Below are positions 5,683-15,937 of a stretch of 64,000 bases of DNA, in pieces; position 1 is the first letter of the stretch, and each line of letters begins with the position of its first letter. Where the stretch lies: contig CAYWXI010000026.1 in the NCBI GenBank assembly GCA_964462015.1, forward strand, positions 233 through 64,232, read 5' to 3'. The position numbers and the translations under genes were made by a program. The notes under the pieces were generated by a model. The model had not been told where the DNA came from. It saw nothing but the letters and a program-made list of their open reading frames with translations, and did not search any database. This DNA is from an uncultured Bacteroidales bacterium (GTDB taxonomy: Bacteria > Bacteroidota > Bacteroidia > Bacteroidales > JAEINX01).

Positions 5683-7356
5683 ATGAAAAAAACATTCACA
5701 ATCAATGTTAGTGGAATAATATTTCACATCGACGAAGACGCTTACGAAAGATTAAACAATTATATAAACAGCGTAAAGAACCATTTTTCAAAAGCTGATG
5801 GAAAAGAAGAAATAATAAATGATATCGAAAGTAGGATCGCCGAGATTCTGCAGGAAAAAATTACCGATAGTAAGCAGGTAATAAATATCGAGGATATCAA
5901 ACACGTGGTTTCAATTATGGGACAACCATTTGAATTTGATGAAGAAGAACAGGAAAAAAAAGAGGAATCATATTATTACCAGCCAAGGCCTGTAAAACGA
6001 CTATACAGAGATACTGAAGACAGCGTAATTGCTGGTATTAGTAGCGGTATAGCTGCTTATTTTCATACCGATCCTATTTGGTTTCGAATTGGATTTATTA
6101 TAGCTCTATTTTCTGGATTCGGATTTTTCCTTTACCTGATCTTGTGGATTGCAATTCCTGAAGCAAGGACAACAGCCGAACGACTTGAAATGAGAGGCGA
6201 AAAGGTCAATATTTCCAATATAGAAAAATCCATTAGTGATGAAGTCAATAATTTAAAAGATAAGATCAACGATCTTACTAATCAGGCTAAGACCACCTAC
6301 AAAAAAAAAAGTTCACAATATAAACCCGGCTACGATCACGTACTAATTGCTTTTGGGAATATTTTCAAATATTTCTTTAAAGCAATTATTATTTTCATAG
6401 GAGTTATTTTATTTATTCTTGGAATTTCTCTCTTTATCACATTTCTCGCTGCTATCTTTGGTTGGGGAGGATTCGTTTTCAGCAATAGTTCAGATATTTT
6501 CTTTGGCCAATTCCCGGTATTTGCCGACAGGTTTCTTTATGGAGTTGCTAACATTGGTTTACTTAAAGTCGGACTTTTCTTCTTTATTGGTGTCCCTTTA
6601 ATTATGCTATTATATAGCGCAATAAGATTAATTTTCCACATCGACAGGATTAGATATATCGGTTTTACAGCATTTAATATTTGGATAGCCGGACTAATTA
6701 TAACTGCGTTTTTTGCTTTTAGAATTCTTAAAGATTTCAGACATCAGGATTATTCGGAAAAAGAATTTGTAATTGAACAACCCATGTCGGATATTTTGTA
6801 CCTTGATGTTAAACAAAACCGAGGGTATCATTATTATAATGATGAAGAATATGCGATTGTCTTTGATAATGATGTAATTATTACTGAAGATGGAAGATTC
6901 TACCGTGAACCTAAGCTAAGATTTGAAGAAAGCAATACAGATCAATATCAAATGATAATTTATTCGTATGCAAGAGGTAAAACACGAAGTGCTGCCCGAA
7001 AGCTTGCAGAGAAGACAATTTATAATATTAACCAAAGAGATAGCTTACTTACATTTGATTCATATTTAGAGCTGCCAAATAATGTAAATTGGAGAGATCA
7101 ATATTTAAAAATTGAATTATTAATACCTCTTGGAAAAAAAATTCATTTAAGTTATGATATGGACGAAATAATTGAATATCATTTTAATTATTATCCATAC
7201 AATTTACCCGGTAAAACATGGATTATGACTACGAACGGACTTAAAAGGGAAAAAAATGAATTTAGTTTTAAAGATGAAACAGAAAGCACTGGGAATATAA
7301 AAAAAGAAATTAGAAAGAATCGTTTTGTACTAAATATAATATCATGTAGCTTATAA
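5683..7356 (+). CDS. PspC domain-containing membrane protein
   Basis: Contains the PspC motif LYRDTEDSVIAGISSGIAAYFHTDPIWFRIGFIIALF..LYLILWIAIPEA and multiple TM segments. Pairing with PadR is common in Bacteroidota. Confidence 0.8.
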   Translation: MKKTFTINVSGIIFHIDEDAYERLNNYINSVKNHFSKADGKEEIINDIESRIAEILQEKITDSKQVINIEDIKHVVSIMGQPFEFDEEEQEKKEESYYYQPRPVKRLYRDTEDSVIAGISSGIAAYFHTDPIWFRIGFIIALFSGFGFFLYLILWIAIPEARTTAERLEMRGEKVNISNIEKSISDEVNNLKDKINDLTNQAKTTYKKKSSQYKPGYDHVLIAFGNIFKYFFKAIIIFIGVILFILGISLFITFLAAIFGWGGFVFSNSSDIFFGQFPVFADRFLYGVANIGLLKVGLFFFIGVPLIMLLYSAIRLIFHIDRIRYIGFTAFNIWIAGLIITAFFAFRILKDFRHQDYSEKEFVIEQPMSDILYLDVKQNRGYHYYNDEEYAIVFDNDVIITEDGRFYREPKLRFEESNTDQYQMIIYSYARGKTRSAARKLAEKTIYNINQRDSLLTFDSYLELPNNVNWRDQYLKIELLIPLGKKIHLSYDMDEIIEYHFNYYPYNLPGKTWIMTTNGLKREKNEFSFKDETESTGNIKKEIRKNRFVLNIISCSL

Positions 7357-7404
7357 CGTTTTCAATAGCACTTCTTTCACTATTTTTTGAGTGATGTTTT
7401 TTTT

Positions 7405-7443
7405 ACCGGATCGAATATTTGATATTTTATCCGGTTTTTTGTT
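7405..7443 (+). terminator. Rho-independent terminator
   Basis: ACCGGAT-(17 nt)-ATCCGGT followed by a T run, 49 bp after the PspC-domain gene stop. Confidence 0.6.
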
Positions 7444-7549
7444 TTAAGAACGGTTCAATATATATACAATTCAAAAAAAATATTAATTTAGCAGCCGAAG
7501 CATTCGGATTGAATAGAAAACGTTTGTAAAATCTTAATAAAAAAGGAAA

Positions 7550-8257
7550 ATGGAATATAAAAGAATACTTTTAAAACTTAGCGGAGAAGCTCTAAGGGGT
7601 ACACAACAGTATGGAATTGATCCAAAAAGGCTTTCGGATTACGCCGACGAGATAAAAAGTATTGTTGAAAAAAAAGTTCAGGTTGGAATAGTAATTGGCG
7701 GAGGAAATATTTTTAGAGGCTTGCAGGGGGCCGGTGAAGGTATGGACAGAGTACAAGGCGATTATATGGGTATGTTGGCAACAACAATAAATAGTCTGGC
7801 TTTGCAGGGAGCACTCGAAAAATCAGGTGTTAAGACTAAGGTTTTATCAGGCCTACCGATTGAACCAATTGCTGAAGCTATGAGTCGCCGTACTGCAAAC
7901 GATTACATGGAAGAAGGAAAAGTAGTTATTATAAGTGGAGGAACCGGAAATCCATATTTTACAACTGATAGCGCTTCAGCTTTACGCGCAATTGAAATCC
8001 AGGCTGATGTGCTTCTGAAAGGAACACGCGTTGACGGAGTTTATACTGCCGATCCGGAAAAATTTCCAGATGCTCAAAAATATGACACCATAACTTTTGA
8101 TGAAGCTTATAGTAAAGGTTTGAAAATTATGGATCTTACAGCTTTTACACTTTGTAAGGAAAATGATATGCCCATACTGGTTTTCGATATGAATATTAAA
8201 GGAAATCTGATAAAAATTATTTCCGGTGAAAAAATCGGGACAATTGTAAAAAACTAA
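7550..8257 (+). CDS. pyrH: UMP kinase
   Basis: Sequence KRILLKLSGEAL...GIVIGGGNIFRG...VIISGGTGNPYFTTDSASALRA. The gene order pyrH-frr is conserved. Confidence 0.95.
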   Translation: MEYKRILLKLSGEALRGTQQYGIDPKRLSDYADEIKSIVEKKVQVGIVIGGGNIFRGLQGAGEGMDRVQGDYMGMLATTINSLALQGALEKSGVKTKVLSGLPIEPIAEAMSRRTANDYMEEGKVVIISGGTGNPYFTTDSASALRAIEIQADVLLKGTRVDGVYTADPEKFPDAQKYDTITFDEAYSKGLKIMDLTAFTLCKENDMPILVFDMNIKGNLIKIISGEKIGTIVKN

Positions 8258-8311
8258 TTTGTTTTTAAAATTCAAATACTATATTTGTATCCAAAATAAG
8301 AAAAAATAACA

Positions 8312-8878
8312 ATGATGACTGAAGATGCCCAATTTTGTTTAGATGAAGCCGGTGAAAGCATGCAAAGTGCTATTTCACATCTTGAAAGAGAATTTCAAAA
8401 AATAAGGGCCGGAAAAGCAAGCCCTCAAATGTTAGAGGGTGTAATGATTGATTATTACGGCTCTATGACACCCATTGAACAAACGGCTAACATTAATACT
8501 CCCGATCCGCGGCAAATAGTTGTTCAACCTTGGGATAAAAGCATTCTCCCCGTTATTGAAAAAGCAATTATTGCAGCCAACCTTGGTTTCAACCCACAAA
8601 ACGAAGGTGAAATTTTGCGCATAAAAGTTCCGATAATTACCGAAGAGCGCAGGATAGAAATGGTAAAGAAAGCAAAAGCCGAAGCAGAAAACTCAAAAAT
8701 CAGTATTAGAAACACGCGACGCGCTGCTAACGACATGGCAAAAGACCTGGAAAAAGAAGGAACACCTGAAGACGAGGTAAAAAAACTACTGGAAAAAATT
8801 CAGGAACTAACAAATGATTACATTGCAAAGGTCGACAAAGTATTAGAAGCCAAGGAAACTGATATTATGACAGTTTAA
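8312..8878 (+). CDS. frr: Ribosome recycling factor
   Basis: 188 aa. Sequence FQKIRAGKASPQMLEGVMIDYYGSMTPIEQTANI...ERRIEMVKKAK. Confidence 0.95.
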   Translation: MMTEDAQFCLDEAGESMQSAISHLEREFQKIRAGKASPQMLEGVMIDYYGSMTPIEQTANINTPDPRQIVVQPWDKSILPVIEKAIIAANLGFNPQNEGEILRIKVPIITEERRIEMVKKAKAEAENSKISIRNTRRAANDMAKDLEKEGTPEDEVKKLLEKIQELTNDYIAKVDKVLEAKETDIMTV

Positions 8879-8887
8879 AATTTATTT

Positions 8888-10603
8888 CTATTTATTGGGG
8901 GTGTTTTTATCATCCAAACTTATATGCTTTTTCCCGGGGCTTGCAGTTACTTTTATTCCGCTTAAAACAGTTTTCCAGAGGTAATTTAGTATGCCCTTGT
9001 TTTTATCTCTTTCAAAATACATTTCAGCAATTCGTACCGGTTTATCACCAACCGGATTACTTCTCTTAATAATTTCATTAGCCAAAAAAGAAAGGAATTT
9101 TCTTTCTTTAACTTCTTCTCCATCTATATTTTTTAAAATTTCTATACTCAAATCGTCATATAAAAATTCCATCCTTCCTTTTGCGAAATCATTGTTTGCA
9201 TTTGCTGAAAAATTTACACTCTTAACATTTCCTTTTTCAATTTTCACCGAAGCATTAGGTATTGTTATTGTATTCAAATTTTCCATTACCATGCATCCTA
9301 ATGAACCGGAAAATGAAAAAGTATCAATTTTCCCTGTCAAAGGAAGGAAAACTTTGGCTTTTAAAAGACCTTTATTCATCAACATGCCTTCTGAGTAGAT
9401 CTTCATTAATTTGTTTTTCTTCAGCATTTCCGGGTCGTTTGTAATATTTTCAATTAAAACATTCATCGTATCAAAAAATACCATTCCGGGTTTATCAGCA
9501 TTTTCAACCTGTTCTTCATAAGTTACTTTAGCATTTGTTATGGAAATAGAATCAATATTTACAGGAAATTTCATTTCATGAACCAATTCCTGTGGCAGTT
9601 TTGGAAAGTGGTTGTAATTAAAAGGCAGACGCTTATCCCTGTATATTTTAGTTTTAAAACCACTTATTTCAATAAATCTTAAATTCAATTTTCTATTAAA
9701 AATAAGCTCGCCAACGTCAAAATATTTTAATTTAACATCCTTCATTGCAAGCTCAATGTAGTCGGTTTGATATTTGGTTTTCTGTCCAAAAGTACCTCTA
9801 TCATATAAAGGAATTAATTTAAAAGATTCAATAGATAAGTTTGATTTTGAATAACAAACATCAGCTTTATCAAAATGAATTTTGTATAAATTACCAGGTA
9901 GAATGTAATTTTGATCTTGAATATTAATCTTTAAATCTTTAAGGTCAATACTCCTCCTACCATTATCTGAATTATCCGGATTAATAATAAGGTCGGTTAA
10001 AAGCAACGAAAAACTTGCAATACTAATTGTTGGTGTTTTAGTATTTAACTCAAACACTTCAAGCGAGCTCTCGTCAATATTGAATTTATCAATTGTTATT
10101 GAAAGTAAGGGTTTGATGTTTATTGAATCAAAATTAAATTCTTTTGTCGGTTTACTATTTGTATCTGACTCGTGAAAACCATTTGATTTAAATACCTTAA
10201 TATTTGATTTTTTAATTATAAATTTATTGATGTCAACCATTTTATCTTTATAAGCTTTCAGAATTTTAATTCCTGATAATTTTATAAAAGGTATTTGTAC
10301 TTCAAAAAGATTTGAATAATTTTTTCCAACATTTTTGGTGTTGTTTAAAATTAAACTGTCGGGAGTAATATTCAGGTTTTTAATTTTTACACTCCTTGTA
10401 AAAACATTAACACTGATTTTATCAAAACTTATTAAATATGGTTCAACCGGATGTTCGGACAAATAAGCAGTAAGTTTATTTTTAATAAATTTTCCGGAAA
10501 AGATATTAATAACTATTGTAGTAATTAACAGAAACAATATTATCGATCCTAATGTCAAAACTAATCTTCGGTATAATTTATTTTTTTTTATCTTTATTAA
10601 CAA
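8888..10603 (-). CDS. Hypothetical membrane-anchored protein (AsmA/DUF748-like by composition only)
   Basis: 571 aa with a single N-terminal TM segment. It is a long beta-rich body with repeated N/K/I-rich segments and no catalytic motif was recognised. Confidence 0.3.
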   Translation of the reverse strand: MLIKIKKNKLYRRLVLTLGSIILFLLITTIVINIFSGKFIKNKLTAYLSEHPVEPYLISFDKISVNVFTRSVKIKNLNITPDSLILNNTKNVGKNYSNLFEVQIPFIKLSGIKILKAYKDKMVDINKFIIKKSNIKVFKSNGFHESDTNSKPTKEFNFDSINIKPLLSITIDKFNIDESSLEVFELNTKTPTISIASFSLLLTDLIINPDNSDNGRRSIDLKDLKINIQDQNYILPGNLYKIHFDKADVCYSKSNLSIESFKLIPLYDRGTFGQKTKYQTDYIELAMKDVKLKYFDVGELIFNRKLNLRFIEISGFKTKIYRDKRLPFNYNHFPKLPQELVHEMKFPVNIDSISITNAKVTYEEQVENADKPGMVFFDTMNVLIENITNDPEMLKKNKLMKIYSEGMLMNKGLLKAKVFLPLTGKIDTFSFSGSLGCMVMENLNTITIPNASVKIEKGNVKSVNFSANANNDFAKGRMEFLYDDLSIEILKNIDGEEVKERKFLSFLANEIIKRSNPVGDKPVRIAEMYFERDKNKGILNYLWKTVLSGIKVTASPGKKHISLDDKNTPNK

Positions 10604-10866
10604 TTCTTATAATTTTCTAATGAAAATTGTTCTAATATTCACCACATATTACACTTTTAATTTTTGTTAAAGATAAAATATTTTGATGATTTTTTGTTAT
10701 TTATGGAAATTTTATTTTTTGATAATACTAATTTCAGCTTCCATGCACAAAATAGTAATCATTAGGATAAAGAGGAAAGAATACGATGCAATACTTTTTG
10801 GTATAAAGAAGAGAGTATAAAATCGGAAGTTTTTTTTGTCGGATTTTTAGTCAATAAACAAACACA

Positions 10867-11697
10867 TTACCAACTACCGCCGGCTCCTCCGCCTCCGAAG
10901 CCTCCGCCACCAAAGCCTCCAAAACTACTGCCTCCACCAAAGCTTCCCGAACCGGAAGAAAAATTACTCCAACTACCTGAATGACCCCGATGGCCACCCA
11001 TGCTGCCGGCTAACCAAAGTGCTGTCCAGAAAGGAACTCCGTGCCCGACAGAATGCGACCTGGCCCGACCAACACGCATTAAGAGAAAAACAAGAGCAAT
11101 AACAATTATTGGAACCATCCCTGCATAAGGAACTTGTTCCGTTCGTTTTCTATATTCAGATGATGAGTATTCACCTTTTGCCAAATCCATTAAAACATTT
11201 GTGGCTCTGTCAATTCCGGCATAATAATTTCCTTTTATAAACTCAGGGATCATTTCATTATCAACAATTCTCTTAGTAATGGCATCGGGAATTGCACCTT
11301 CAAGTCCGTAACCTGTCGCAATAAATGCCTGACCTTTAACCCGTCCTTTTTTTGGTTTAACCAGAATAACAATACCATTATCGAATTTTTTCTGCCCTAC
11401 TTTCCATCTATGGCCCAATAGAGAAGCATATTCGGCTTTATCATAACCCTCGAATGAGTTAACAAAAACTACTGCTATCTGATTTGAAGTGGAATTGCTG
11501 AAATCAACAAGCTTACGTTCCAGCTTATTAACCTGGGCCTTTGAAAGTGTTCCCGTTAAGTCGTTAATAAGGCGTGGAGGATTTGGCCGTTTGATAATAT
11601 TTTGGGCATTTAGTATTGAAGTACTAAATATGCTTAATATTAAAACACTCACCCAAATTTTAGTTGTAATTTTCATTCTATTGTTAACTTTAGGCAC
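10867..11697 (-). CDS. TPM domain-containing protein (YgcG-like) with a Gly-rich C-terminal tail
   Basis: Has a signal peptide and a TPM core (LINDLTGTLSKAQVNKLERKL...QIAVVFVNSF...GIVILV...ATGYGLEGAIPD), followed by a TM segment and a GGFGGGGFGGGGAGGSW tail. Confidence 0.8.
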   Translation of the reverse strand: MPKVNNRMKITTKIWVSVLILSIFSTSILNAQNIIKRPNPPRLINDLTGTLSKAQVNKLERKLVDFSNSTSNQIAVVFVNSFEGYDKAEYASLLGHRWKVGQKKFDNGIVILVKPKKGRVKGQAFIATGYGLEGAIPDAITKRIVDNEMIPEFIKGNYYAGIDRATNVLMDLAKGEYSSSEYRKRTEQVPYAGMVPIIVIALVFLLMRVGRARSHSVGHGVPFWTALWLAGSMGGHRGHSGSWSNFSSGSGSFGGGSSFGGFGGGGFGGGGAGGSW

Positions 11698-11739
11698 TCA
11701 TAACTTTAGTTCACTCTAAGTACTTTTTTTATATGATTC

Positions 11740-12180
11740 TCACCCAAATGAAATTTCATCAGAAAGTTCGTTGATATCATCGGTTTGATAGGGGAAATGC
11801 TTTTTCAATTGTATTCCTGTGCAGTTAATTCCTCCGATCAAGCCTTCTGTGAATTCATTTTCACGGAAATGATCCATCATTGAATTCTTTATTTTATCCC
11901 AAAAGTTTTCAGGGACAACCGAATTAATTCCCTGATCGCCAAGTATTGCAAATTTTCTGTTTTTAATTGCAAGATAAAACAAAACTCCATTTCGCAATTC
12001 GGTTTTATGAATTCTAAGTTTATTAAAAATATAGGCTGCCCGGTCTTTAACATCACCGTTACAATTGTTTTCAATATGTACCCTGATTTCACCTGATGTA
12101 TCTAGTTCGGCATTTAAGATTGCCTGTTTTATATCTTCTTTTTGTTGTTTTGTAAAAAAACTTTTTGCTGTTTGTGGCAT
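11740..12180 (-). CDS. TPM domain-containing protein (small cytoplasmic type)
   Basis: 146 aa. Sequence EIRVHIENNC...NGVLFYLAIKNRKFAILGDQGIN. It is part of the LemA-TPM-TPM operon. Confidence 0.7.
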   Translation of the reverse strand: MPQTAKSFFTKQQKEDIKQAILNAELDTSGEIRVHIENNCNGDVKDRAAYIFNKLRIHKTELRNGVLFYLAIKNRKFAILGDQGINSVVPENFWDKIKNSMMDHFRENEFTEGLIGGINCTGIQLKKHFPYQTDDINELSDEISFG

Positions 12181-12229
12181 TACTTTTCAATTTAATATTT
12201 AGTGTGCTTAGAGGCAATAATAAGTGATC

Positions 12230-12820
12230 TTAGAATTCAACTACAGGAGCTTTCTCACTTCCTTCCTGTGCTTTAAAATATGGCTTCTCTTCAAAACCAA
12301 AAATACTTGCATATATGTTTTTGGGAAATTTTTTAATAAAAACATTATAAATTTTTGTTGCATCATTAAATTTCCGGCGCTCATTAGCTATTCTGTTTTC
12401 AGTTCCTTCCAACTGTGCCTGCAATTCCAGAAAATTTTGATTTGCTTTCAGATCGGGATATTTTTCAACAACTACCATTAATTTTGAGAGTGCGGAACTT
12501 AAACCTGCTTGTGCCTGTTGAAATTGCTGTAAAGAAGCAGTTGTCAGATTGGATGGATCAATATTTACTGACGTGGCTTTTGCGCGGGCACTTATCACAT
12601 CAGTAAGGGTTTTCTTTTCATGTTCTGCATATCCTTTAACTGTATTCACCAGATTTGGAATAAGATCGGCACGCCTCTGATAAACATTTTCAACTTGAGC
12701 CCATTGGTTTTCAACGCTTTCATTAAAATCAACCATATTATTGTATGAGCCTTTAAAAGAGCTGTATATAACAATAACTACAATTACAATAACAGCAATA
12801 ACTATCCATTTCTTTTTCAT
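12230..12820 (-). CDS. lemA: LemA family protein
   Basis: Has an N-terminal TM segment. Sequence WAQVENVYQRRADLIPNLVNTVKGYAEHEKKTL...ELQAQLEGTENRIANERRKFN. Confidence 0.9.
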   Translation of the reverse strand: MKKKWIVIAVIVIVVIVIYSSFKGSYNNMVDFNESVENQWAQVENVYQRRADLIPNLVNTVKGYAEHEKKTLTDVISARAKATSVNIDPSNLTTASLQQFQQAQAGLSSALSKLMVVVEKYPDLKANQNFLELQAQLEGTENRIANERRKFNDATKIYNVFIKKFPKNIYASIFGFEEKPYFKAQEGSEKAPVVEF

Positions 12821-12835
12821 GTGTTTGTGTTTTTT

Positions 12836-12883
12836 AGAAATTAGAAATTGGAAATTGGGTTTTCTTCCAAATTTCCAATTTCG
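12836..12883. repeat. GAAATT-word hairpin (family member 1)
   Basis: AGAAATTAGAAATTGGAAATTGGG-ttttctt-CCAAATTTCCAATTTCG. Confidence 0.6.
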
Positions 12884-13083
12884 TTATATAATCTTTCCCT
12901 GCTTGTTTAAAATTAAACATGAACGATTCTTATTTGTTTTTCATTTATTGTATTTTAATTACGATATTTATTATTTCTTATTGTGTTTTAAGTAAAATAA
13001 TATTAGTAAATTAATAAAAATATTAAAAGCAAAAAAGTGATGCTAACCTGAATAATTTATGAATTTAAATTTATTTGAAAAAA

Positions 13084-13145
13084 TAGCCCCGTCCTTTAGC
13101 CCGGGGATTGAAATACACTGGTCAACGCCCTAAAGGACGGGGCTA
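13084..13145 (-). terminator. Hairpin with a 16-bp perfect stem, probable htpG terminator
   Basis: TAGCCCCGTCCTTTAG-(30 nt)-CTAAAGGACGGGGCTA, followed on the minus strand by TTTTTTTCAA. Confidence 0.55.
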
Positions 13146-13341
13146 CCTTTGTTTTTATTGTAAAATTCCTAAATTATTCAGACTAAATTTCACACCTCTT
13201 TTTATTTTATATCCGTTTAGAATTAAAATTTCCTTGTTCCTTGTTTCAATTTTCCGGCTTTTGACCTTTCGTTATCAACAATTTAATAATATAGCCATTT
13301 AAGCATTTGCAGAACAATAATTTAAAGCAGTTTATGAATAC

Positions 13342-15249
13342 TTACTTAATAATATCAACACTTCGTTTAATAAAATCAGTCATTTCCTGACCTTTCAACA
13401 GGTTTTGTGACAATAAAGCTAAATCATAAATTTGTTTTATTATTTTGCTCTGATTTTCGGCCTCCTTATCGTCGAGAATTTTTGTAACTAAAGGATTGTT
13501 TGAATTTACGACCAAATTATATTGTTCAGGCATATTTCCCATAAAATTCATACCTCCACCACCAAGAGCCGACATATCTTTCATTCGACGCATAAATTCG
13601 GGTTGAACTATCATAAACGGAAGGTCGCCCTCACTTAAATTTTCAAAGACAACAGTGAATTTTTCTTTGTTTATATTTTTTTCTATCACACCTTTTAATT
13701 CTTCCTTTTGTTTTTCATCGAGTTTTGAAATCTGATTATCCTCTTTATTAATTAATTTATCAATTGTGTCGGAGTCAACACGTTTGAAAGTGGAATCAGA
13801 AGCTTTTTGCTCATAAGAATTAATAAAATGATTATCCAAAACACCGTCCATAATTAAAATATCGTAACCTCTTTCTTTTGCAGCTTCGATATAACTATGT
13901 TGGCTATCAATATCATTAGTATAAAGATAAACCAATTTTTTGTCTTTATCTTTTTGAGCCTTTTCGATGTGATCTTTGTATTCTTTGAGAGTAAAATATT
14001 TACCTTCGATATTTTTCAATAAACAAAATTTCTCGGCTCTTTCGTAGAATTTTTCATCCGAGATCATTCCGTATTCAATGAAAACTTTAATATCGTCCCA
14101 TTTTTGCTCGAAAGTTTTACGATCGGTTTTAAATAATTCTTCTAATTTATCGGCAACTTTACGTGTAATGTAATTTGAGATTTTTTTAACATTTGAATCA
14201 CTTTGAAGATATGAACGTGAAACGTTTAAAGGAATATCAGGTGAATCGATCACTCCATGAAGCAATGTTAAAAAATCAGGTACAATACCTTCAACCTGAT
14301 CGGTTATAAAAACCTGATTGCTATATAATTGAATTTTGTCTTTTTGAACTTCAAGATTCTTTTTTACTTTTGGGAAATATAAAATTCCGGTTAGGTTAAA
14401 TGGATAATCCACGTTAAGATGAATATGGAAAAGTGGCTCATCAAAAGTCATTGGATATAATTCCCTGTAGAAATTTTTATATTCTTCGTCGGTACAATCT
14501 GCCGGTTTCTTTTTCCATAAAGGATTGGTATTGTTTATGATTCTCGGTTTTTCAACTTCAATTTGCTTGTCGTTGCCATCTTTATCTTTTTCGCCTTCAA
14601 CCTTTTCCCAAACTTTTTCCATTCCAAACTGAATAGGTACGGGTAAAAATTTGCTATATTTTTTCAATAACTCAAGAATCTTATGTTCTTCGAGAAATTC
14701 TTTTGAATCACTATCGATATGCAAGATAATTTCTGTTCCCCTATCGGTTTTGTCAATATCCGATAAAGTATATTCTGTACTTCCGTCACAAGTCCATTTT
14801 ACGGCTTTTGTTGAACCACCTTTTTTATATGTTTTTGTTAAAACTTCAACTTTATCAGAAACCATGAACGCCGAATAAAATCCCAAACCAAACTGGCCTA
14901 TGATAGCATTACGATCGGCTTCGGTTTTGGTTTTAAATTTTTTAACGAAATCTTCAGCACTCGATAGAGCAATTTCGTTGATATATTTATTCACTTCTTC
15001 GGCTGTCATACCAATTCCTCTATCCTTGACAGTGATAGTTTTCTTCTTTTTATCAACACTAACGTGTATGGTTAAATCACCAAGATCGCCGGTAAATTTT
15101 CCCAACGAGGCTAAAGTCTTCAGTTTCTGTGTAGCATCAACAGCATTCGAAATAATTTCTCTTAAAAAAATATCGTGATCAGAGTATAAAAACTTTTTTA
15201 TAATCGGAAAAATGTTTTCCGTTTGTACATTTATCTTTCCTTTTTGCAT
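13342..15249 (-). CDS. htpG: Molecular chaperone HtpG (Hsp90)
   Basis: 635 aa. Sequence FQTENIFPIIKKFLYSDHDIFLREIISNAVDA...IGQFGLGFYSAFMV. Confidence 0.95.
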   Translation of the reverse strand: MQKGKINVQTENIFPIIKKFLYSDHDIFLREIISNAVDATQKLKTLASLGKFTGDLGDLTIHVSVDKKKKTITVKDRGIGMTAEEVNKYINEIALSSAEDFVKKFKTKTEADRNAIIGQFGLGFYSAFMVSDKVEVLTKTYKKGGSTKAVKWTCDGSTEYTLSDIDKTDRGTEIILHIDSDSKEFLEEHKILELLKKYSKFLPVPIQFGMEKVWEKVEGEKDKDGNDKQIEVEKPRIINNTNPLWKKKPADCTDEEYKNFYRELYPMTFDEPLFHIHLNVDYPFNLTGILYFPKVKKNLEVQKDKIQLYSNQVFITDQVEGIVPDFLTLLHGVIDSPDIPLNVSRSYLQSDSNVKKISNYITRKVADKLEELFKTDRKTFEQKWDDIKVFIEYGMISDEKFYERAEKFCLLKNIEGKYFTLKEYKDHIEKAQKDKDKKLVYLYTNDIDSQHSYIEAAKERGYDILIMDGVLDNHFINSYEQKASDSTFKRVDSDTIDKLINKEDNQISKLDEKQKEELKGVIEKNINKEKFTVVFENLSEGDLPFMIVQPEFMRRMKDMSALGGGGMNFMGNMPEQYNLVVNSNNPLVTKILDDKEAENQSKIIKQIYDLALLSQNLLKGQEMTDFIKRSVDIIK

Positions 15250-15479
15250 CTTTTAAAATGTTTTAAATTTTTCATGCAAATTATCAAAGCCTATGCCAAT
15301 AAAAAATAACTGACAAAATGACGGCTTTGAGAATGAATGATTAAATGATTGAATGCTAAAATACCAGAATAAAAAGGCTAAATTTTATTTTGATGTGCTG
15401 AAAATAAAATAATTTCTATCTTTTACGACTTGTTTATTCAACATTATCAACAAAACCTGGAAAAATCAGCACAGACAAA

Positions 15480-15723
15480 CTTCTATTAATAAGGTTAATA
15501 AGGTTTTATGCAATCTAATATTTTTTTATTAAGGTTAAAGGTTTAAAAATAAGGTTTTTGTAATTTTAAATTTTATTATAATATTGTTGTATATTTCAAA
15601 ACCGTACAATACAAAGTAAACACATTTGAGTGGATGGATTTACAACCTTATTTTAATAAAAAAACCTTAGTAAAAAAACCACAATGACCACATCATAGAC
15701 CTTATTAACCTTATTATAAGAAG
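15480..15723. repeat. ~245-bp palindromic AAGGTT/AACCTT-word element with 25-bp terminal inverted repeats
   Basis: CTTCTATTAATAAGGTTAATAAGGT (15480-15504) versus ACCTTATTAACCTTATTATAAGAAG (15699-15723) match at 23/25 as reverse complements. Additional AAGGTT and AACCTT words lie symmetrically inside. Confidence 0.5.
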
Positions 15724-15937
15724 TAAGTTCTTAAGAAATGAAAACCTTCTGTACGATACAAAGTAAATCCATAAAAATGGATGTATGCGTTTGGAGAGTA
15801 TTATAATAGTATTTCATAAAATATTATAAATACTTTTTGACTCATAACACATCATAATAGTAGTAGACCAAAATAATAATAGGCTTTGATAAACTTTTTT
15901 ATTTATATCTTCGTTTTATGAAATCGAAAGAATATCT

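Noticed and set aside
6301-6310. A10 homopolymer inside the PspC-domain gene as a possible frameshift site
   Set aside because: The reading frame runs straight through (TYKKKSSQYK), so there is no disruption.
12741-13302. Two short ORFs (84 aa and 64 aa) in the lemA-htpG intergenic region
   Set aside because: They are AT-rich with a low-complexity, phenylalanine/leucine-rich composition. They overlap the hairpin elements and have no motif support.
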